18,499 bases of DNA from the NCBI RefSeq assembly GCF_006345805.1, contig NW_021824512.1:1-18499 (forward strand), read 5' to 3'. The position numbers and the translations under genes were made by a program. Below are positions 12,722 to 18,499 of the stretch, in pieces. The stretch is from Octopus sinensis. Lineage: Eukaryota. The notes beneath the pieces are model-generated. The model was not told the DNA's origin and made no database searches. It saw only the letters and a program-made list of their open reading frames with translations. How positions within the stretch are numbered: position 1 is the stretch's first letter; every line of letters starts with the position of its first letter.

Positions 12722-14131
12722 CTCTTGGATAAATATAAGCTTATTATCACTCATATAGCTTATATTTACATAACAGATCGGAAATTTTCCTATTGTTTTT
12801 CAAGTACACATTTGAAATATTTTGACATTTTCTAACCTGAAGACTTTAACTTTTCAGAATTTAGTGATCTTGGAGGAAATATAGCTTATTATCACTCATA
12901 TAGCTTATATTTACCTAACAGGTCACAAAATTTTTTTTGTTTTTCAAGTACACATTTGAAATAATGTTTTGACATTTTCTAACCTGAAAACTTTGAAAAG
13001 TCGTGATCTTGGATAAATATAAGCTTATTTTCAATCATATAGCTTATATTTACATAATAGATCACAAATTTTTTTTTGTTTTTCAAGTACACATTTGAAA
13101 TATTTTGACATTTTCTAACCTGAAAAACATTGAGAATTTAGTGATCTCTTGGATAAAATTAAGCTTATTATCACTCATATAGCTTATATTTACCTCAAGA
13201 TCACAAAATTTTTTTGTTTTTTCAAGTACACATTTGAAATATTTCGACATTTTCTAACCTGAAAACTTTTCGAGAATTTAGTGATCTCTTGTATAAATAT
13301 AAGCTTATTACACTCATATAGCTTATATTTACATAACAGATCCTAAGAGACGACGAAATTCTTTTTGTTTTTCAAGTACACATTTGAAATATTTTGACGA
13401 TTTTCTAACCTGAAAACTTTTGAGAATTTAGTGATCTCTTGGATAAATATAAGCTTATTATCTCTCATATAGCTTATTTTACATAACAGATCACAAATTT
13501 TTTTTTGTTTTCAAGTACACATTTGAAATATTTTGACATTTCTAACCTGAAAACTTTTCAGAATTTAGTGATCTCTTTTATAAATATAAGCTTATTATCA
13601 CTCATATAGCTTATATTTACCTCACAGATCACAAAATTTTTTTTGTTTTTCAAGTACACATTTGAAATATTTTGACATTTTCTAACCTGAAAATTTTGAG
13701 AGATTTAGGATTCTCTTGGATAAATATAAGCTTATTATCACTCATATAGCTTATATTACCTAACAGATCAACAAATTTTTTTTTGTTTTTCAAGTACACT
13801 TGTGATATTATTTGACGTAATTCTAACCTGAAACTTTTGAGAATTTAGTGATCTCTTGGATAAATATAAGCTTATTATCACTCATATAGCTTATATTTAC
13901 CTAACAGATCACTAAATTGCATTTTATTTTTCAAGTACACTTTTGAAATATTTTGACATTTCCTAACCTGAAAACGTTTGAGAATTTAGTGATCCCTTGG
14001 ATAAATATAAGCTTATTATCACTCATATAGCTTATATTTACTAAGAGAGAAAGAATTTTTTTTGTTTTTCAAGTACACATTTGAAATATTTTTGACATAT
14101 TCTAACCTGAAAACTTTTGAATAATTGTGAT
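12722..14131 (+). repeat. 10-monomer deletion derivative of the HOR (B-C-D-E-F-H-I-K-L-M)
   Basis: B 12722, C 12869, D 13008, E 13146, F 13286, H 13436, I 13573, K 13713, L 13853, M 13994, then B 14132. G1-G2 and N-A are absent. Several of these monomers are noisy. Confidence 0.8.
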
Positions 14132-14694
14132 CTCTTGGATAAATATAAGCTTATTATCACTCATATAGCTTATATTTAATAACAGATCGGAAATTTCCTA
14201 TTGTTTTTCAAGTACACATTTGAAATATTTTGACATTTTCTAACCTGAAGACTTTTCAGAATTTAGTGATCTGTTGGAGAAATATAAGCTTATTATCACT
14301 CATATAGCTTATATTTACCTAACAGGTCACAAAATTTTTTTTTGTTTTTCAAGTACACATTTGAAATATTTTTGACATTTTCTAACCTGAAAACTTTTGA
14401 AAATTTAGTGATCTCTTGGATAAATATAAGCTTATTTTCACTCATATAGCTTATATTTACATAATAGATCACAAAATTTTTTTTTGTTTTTCAAGTACAC
14501 ATTTGAAATATTTTGACATTTTCTAACCTGAAAACATTTGAGAATTTAGTGATCTCTTGGATAAATATAAGCTTATTATCACTCATATAGCTTATATTTA
14601 CCTCACAGATCAGAAAATTTTTTTTTGTTTTTCAAGTACACATTTGAAATGTTTCGACATTTTCTAACCTGAAAACTTTTGAGAATTTAGTGAT

Positions 14695-14845
14695 CTCTTG
14701 TATAAATATAAGCTTATTATCACTCATATAGCTTATATTTACATAACAGATCCTAAGAGACGACGAAATTTCTTTTTGTTTTTCAAGTACACATTTGAAA
14801 TATTTTGTGATTTTCTAACCTGAAAACATTTGAGAATTTAGTGAT
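14695..14845 (+). repeat. Long 151-bp monomer variant F (also at 16658 and 13286)
   Basis: Contains CATAACAGAT immediately followed by CCTAAGAGAC (14742-14761), two diverged versions of the same 10-bp consensus segment. Confidence 0.92.
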
Positions 14846-15830
14846 CTCTTGGATAAATATAAGCTTATTATCACTCATATAGCTTATATTTGCATAACAG
14901 ATAACAAATTTTTTTTTTGTTTTTCAAGTACACATTTGAAATATTTTGAATTTTCTAACCTGAAAACTTTTGAGAATTTAGTGATCTCTTGGATAAATAT
15001 AAGCTTATTATCACTCATATAGCTTATATTTTCCTAAGAGACAACGAAATTTCTTTTTGTTTTTCAAGTACACATTTGAAATATTTTGACATTTTCTAAC
15101 CTGAAAACTTTTGAGAATTTAGTGATCTCTTGGATAAATATAAGCTTATTATCTCTCATATAGCTTATATTTACATAACAGATCACAAAATTTTTTTTTG
15201 TTTTTCAAGTACACATTTGAAATATTTTGACATTTTCTAACCTGAAAACTTTTCAGAATTTAGTGATCTCTTTTATAAATATAAGCTTATTATCACTCAT
15301 ATAGCTTATATTTACCTCACAGATCACAAAATTTTTTTTTGTTTTTCAAGTACACATTTGAAATATTTTGACATTTTCTAACCTGAAAACTTTTGAGAAT
15401 TTAGTGATCTCTTGGATAAATATAAGCTTATTATCACTCATAGAGCTTATATTTACCTAACAGATCACAAAATTGTTTTTTGTTTTTCAAGTACACTTTT
15501 GAATTATTTTGACATTTTCTAACCTGAAAACTTTTGAGAATAATTAGTGATCTCTTGGATAAATATAGCTTATTATCACTCATATAGCATATATTTACCT
15601 TACAGATCACTAAATTTCATTTTATTTTTCAAGTACACTTTTGAAATATTTTGACATTTCCTAACCTGAAAACGTTTGAGAATTTAGTCATCACTTTGAT
15701 AAATATAAGCTTATTATCACTCATATAGCTTATATTTTACTAAGAGAGAAAGAATTTTTTTTGTTTTTCAAGTACACATTTGAAATATTTTGACATATTC
15801 TAACCTGAAAACTTTTGAATAATTTGTGAT

Positions 15831-15951
15831 CTCTTGGATAAATATAAGCTTCTTATCACTTAACACATTACAAATTTTTTTTTCTTTTTCAAGTACACAT
15901 TTGAAATATTTTGACATTTTCTAACCTGAAAACATTTGAGAATTTAGTGAT
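15831..15951 (+). repeat. Short 121-bp monomer variant N (example; also at 1815, 3349, 5284, 11122, 12466)
   Basis: AAGCTTCTTATCACT|TAACA lacks CATATAGCTTATATTTACC relative to consensus. Length is 121 bp at both 1815-1935 and 15831-15951. Confidence 0.93.
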
Positions 15952-16092
15952 CTCTGGGTTGAATATAAGCTTATTATCACTCATATAGCTTATATTTACA
16001 TAACAGTTCACAAAATTTCCTATTGTTTTTCAAGTACAAATTTGAAATATTTTCACATTTTCTAACCTGAAAACTTTTCAGAATTTAGTGAT

Positions 16093-17371
16093 CTCTTGGA
16101 TAAATATAAGCTTATTATCACTCATATAGCTTATATTTACATAACAGATCGGAAAATTTCCTATTGTTTTTCAAGTACACATTTGAAATATTTTGACATT
16201 TTCTAACCTGAAGACTTTTCAGAATTTAGTGATCTGTTGGAGAAATATAAGCTTATTATCACTCATATAGCTTATATTTACCTAACAGGTCACAAAATTT
16301 TTTTTTGTTTTTCAAGTACACATTTGAAATATTTTTGACATTTTCTAACCTGAAAACTTTTGAAAATTTAGTGATCTCTTGGATAAATATAAGCTTATTT
16401 TCACTCATATAGCTTATATTTACATAATAGATCACAAAATTTTTTTTTGTTTTTCAAGTACACATTTGAAATATTTTGACATTTTCTAACCTGAAAACAT
16501 TTGAGAATTTAGTGATCTCTTGGATAAATATAAGCTTATTATCACTCATATAGCTTATATTTACCTCACAGATCAGAAAATTTTTTTTTGTTTTTCAAGT
16601 ACACATTTGAAATGTTTCGACATTTTCTAACCTGAAAACTTTTGAGAATTTAGTGATCTCTTGTATAAATATAAGCTTATTATCACTCATATAGCTTATA
16701 TTTACATAACAGATCCTAAGAGACGACGAAATTTCTTTTTGTTTTTCAAGTACACATTTGAAATATTTTGAGATTTTCTAACCTGAAAACATTTGAGAAT
16801 TTAGTGATCTCTTGGATAAATATAAGCTTATTATCACTCATATAGCTTATATTTGCATAACAGATAACAAATTTTTTTTTTGTTTTTCAAGTACACATTT
16901 GAAATATTTCAAAATTTTCTAACCTGAAAACTTTTGAGAATTTAGTGATCTCTTGGATAAATATAAGCTTATTATCACTCATATAGCTTATATTTTCCTA
17001 AGAGACAACGAAATTTCTTTTTGTTTTTCAAGTACACATTTGAAATATTTTGACATTTTCTAACCTGAAAACTTTTGAGAATTTAGTGATCTCTTGGATA
17101 AATATAAGCTTATTATCTCTCATATAGCTTATATTTACATAACAGATCACAAAATTTTTTTTTGTTTTCAAGTACACATTTGAAATATTTTGACATTTTC
17201 TAACCTGAAAACTTTTCAGAATTTAGTGATCTCTTTTATAAATATAAGCTTATTATCACTCATATAGCTTATATTTACCTCACAGATCACAAAATTTTTT
17301 TTTGTTTTTCAAGTACACATTTGAAATATTTTAACATTTTCTAACCTGAAAACTTTTGAGAATTTAGTGAT
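16093..17371 (+). repeat. Second, partial copy of the 14-mer HOR (monomers B to I)
   Basis: Nine monomers carry the same diagnostic variants in the same order as 14132-15408. The expected K monomer does not follow at 17372. Confidence 0.92.
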
Positions 17372-18499
17372 CTCTTGGATAAATATAAGCTTATTATCAC
17401 TCATATAGCTTATATTTACAGAACAGATCACAAAATTTTTTTTTGTTTTTCAAGTACACATTTGAAATATTTTGACATTTTCTAACCTGAAAACTTTTCA
17501 GAATTTAGTGATCTCTTGGATAAATATAAGCTTATTATCACTCATATAGCTTATATTTACCTCACAGATCACAAAATTTTTTTTTGTTTTTCAAGTACAC
17601 ATTTGAAATATTTTGACATTTTCTAACCTGAAAACTTTTGAGAATTTAGTGATCTCTTGGATAAATATAAGCTTATTATCACTCATATAGCTAATATTTA
17701 CATAACAGATCACAAAATTTCTTATTGTTTTTCACGTACACATTTGAAATAATTTGACATTTTCTAACCTGAAAACTTTTCAGAATTTAGTGATCTCTTG
17801 GATAAATATAAGCTTATTATCTCTCATATAGCTTATATTTACATAACAGATCACAAAATTTCTTATTGTTTTTCAAGTACACATTTGAAATATTTTGACA
17901 TTTCCTAACGTGAAAACATTTGAGAATTTAGTGATCTCTTGGATAAATATAAACTTATTATCACTCATATAGCTTATATTTACCTCACAGATCACAAAAT
18001 TTTTTTTTGTTTTTCAAGTACACATTTGAAATATTTTGACATTTCCTAAGCTGAAAACATTTGAGAATTTAGTGATCTCTTGGATAAATATAAGCTTATT
18101 ATCACTCATATAGCTTATATTTACCTCACAGATAAGAAAATTTTTTTTTGTTTTTCAAGTACACATTTGAAATATTTCGACATTTTCTAACCTGGAAAAC
18201 TTTGAGATTTGTGATCTCTTGGATAATATAGCTTTATCACTCATAGCTTATATTCTCCTAAGAGACAACGAAATTTCTTTTGTTTTTCAAGTACACATTT
18301 GAAATATTTGACATTTTCTAACCTGAAAACTTTTGAGAATTTAGTGATCTCTTGGATAAATATAAGCTTATTATCACTCATATAGCTTATATTTTCCTAA
18401 CAGATCACAAAATTTTTTTTTGTTTTTCAAGAACACATTTGAAATATTTGACATTTTCTAACCTGAAAACTTTTCAGAATTAGTGATCTCTTGGATAAA
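17372..18499 (+). repeat. Monomer block with a different variant set (non-HOR or a second HOR family)
   Basis: New shared variants: AAAATTTCTTATTG (17654 and 17795 monomers), TTTCCTAA plus AAAACATTTGAG (17795 and 17936), CCTCACAG (17513, 17936, 18077). These are followed by an E-like monomer (18077) and G2 with ATTCTCC (18216). Confidence 0.75.

Larger units (their letters stand above)
14132..16092 (+). repeat. 14-monomer higher-order repeat unit (B-C-D-E-F-G1-G2-H-I-K-L-M-N-A), period 1963 bp
   Basis: Diagnostic variants recur at a 1963-bp offset: C (CTGTTGGAGA) 14271/16234; D (TTATTTTCAC) 14413/16376; E (AAATGTTTCGAC) 14554/16517; F (CTCTTGTAT, GATCCTAAGAGACGACG) 14695/16658; I (CTCTTTTATAA) 15268/17231. 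Confidence 0.93.
1..18499. repeat. Tandem satellite DNA array, 141-bp AT-rich monomer, ~133 head-to-tail copies, extending beyond both window edges
   Basis: The motif GATCTCTTGGATAAATATAAGCTT recurs every 140-141 bp (e.g. monomer starts 3601, 3741, 3881; 17372, 17513, 17654, 17795, 17936, 18077). Counted consensus GC is 34/141. Each consensus monomer has one HindIII (AAGCTT), two GATC, two AGCT, one GTAC and one AATATT site. No unique flanking sequence is present. Confidence 0.99.

Noticed and set aside
14640-14780. CENP-B box-like motif around TTTCG and GACG variants
   Set aside because: The 17-bp box (YTTCGTTGGAARCGGGA) needs TTCG...A..CGGG spacing, which does not occur. The consensus has no CpG.
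16898-16913. Perfect 16-bp palindrome TTTGAAATATTTCAAA
   Set aside because: A singleton created by changes not shared with the sister G1 copy at 14846, so it is a private mutation or an error.
1-18499. CRISPR array (regular period, palindromic repeat)
   Set aside because: There are no unique spacers. The variable segments are point variants of one consensus, the 141-bp period is too long, and no cas genes are present.
1-18499. Telomeric repeat (CCTAAC and CTAACCT match the TTAGG register on the minus strand twice per monomer)
   Set aside because: Matches are only 6-8 bp, isolated and never tandem, which is weak evidence at this length.
1-18499. Assignment to a named family (e.g. tenebrionid 142-bp satellites, trypanosome 147-bp repeats, baculovirus hr, mitochondrial or maxicircle control-region repeats)
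   Set aside because: Only size or architecture is similar; I do not recognise sequence identity. BLASTN of the consensus against nt, Repbase and Dfam would be needed.

Overview
The whole 18,499-bp window is one uninterrupted head-to-tail tandem array of an AT-rich (~24% GC) satellite with a 141-bp consensus monomer (about 133 copies, all in the same orientation). Consensus, with an exact copy at 10142-10282: CTCTTGGATAAATATAAGCTTATTATCACTCATATAGCTTATATTTACCTAACAGATCACAAAATTTTTTTTTGTTTTTCAAGTACACATTTGAAATATTTTGACATTTTCTAACCTGAAAACTTTTGAGAATTTAGTGAT. I found no genes, RNA genes, mobile elements or CRISPR array; the four listed ORFs are by-products of the repeat. The interesting content is structural. 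(1) More than half of each monomer is a 77-bp imperfect palindrome (31-bp arms, 15-nt loop) followed directly by a T-run. (2) Diagnostic monomer variants (my labels A-N) form a 14-monomer, 1963-bp higher-order repeat (HOR), with 10- and 11-mer deletion derivatives and two sister haplotypes of a K-L-M-N cassette. (3) The HOR carries fixed length variants of +10 and -20 bp. (4) A near-consensus, almost CpG-free central block (~5.4-10.5 kb) still keeps the 14-mer phase. Many single-base homopolymer indels and several garbled patches look like long-read or consensus error, so fine-scale claims outside ~14.1-18.1 kb need raw-read checks. I cannot assign the organism or a named satellite family from the sequence alone. 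All counts and coordinates were done by hand.
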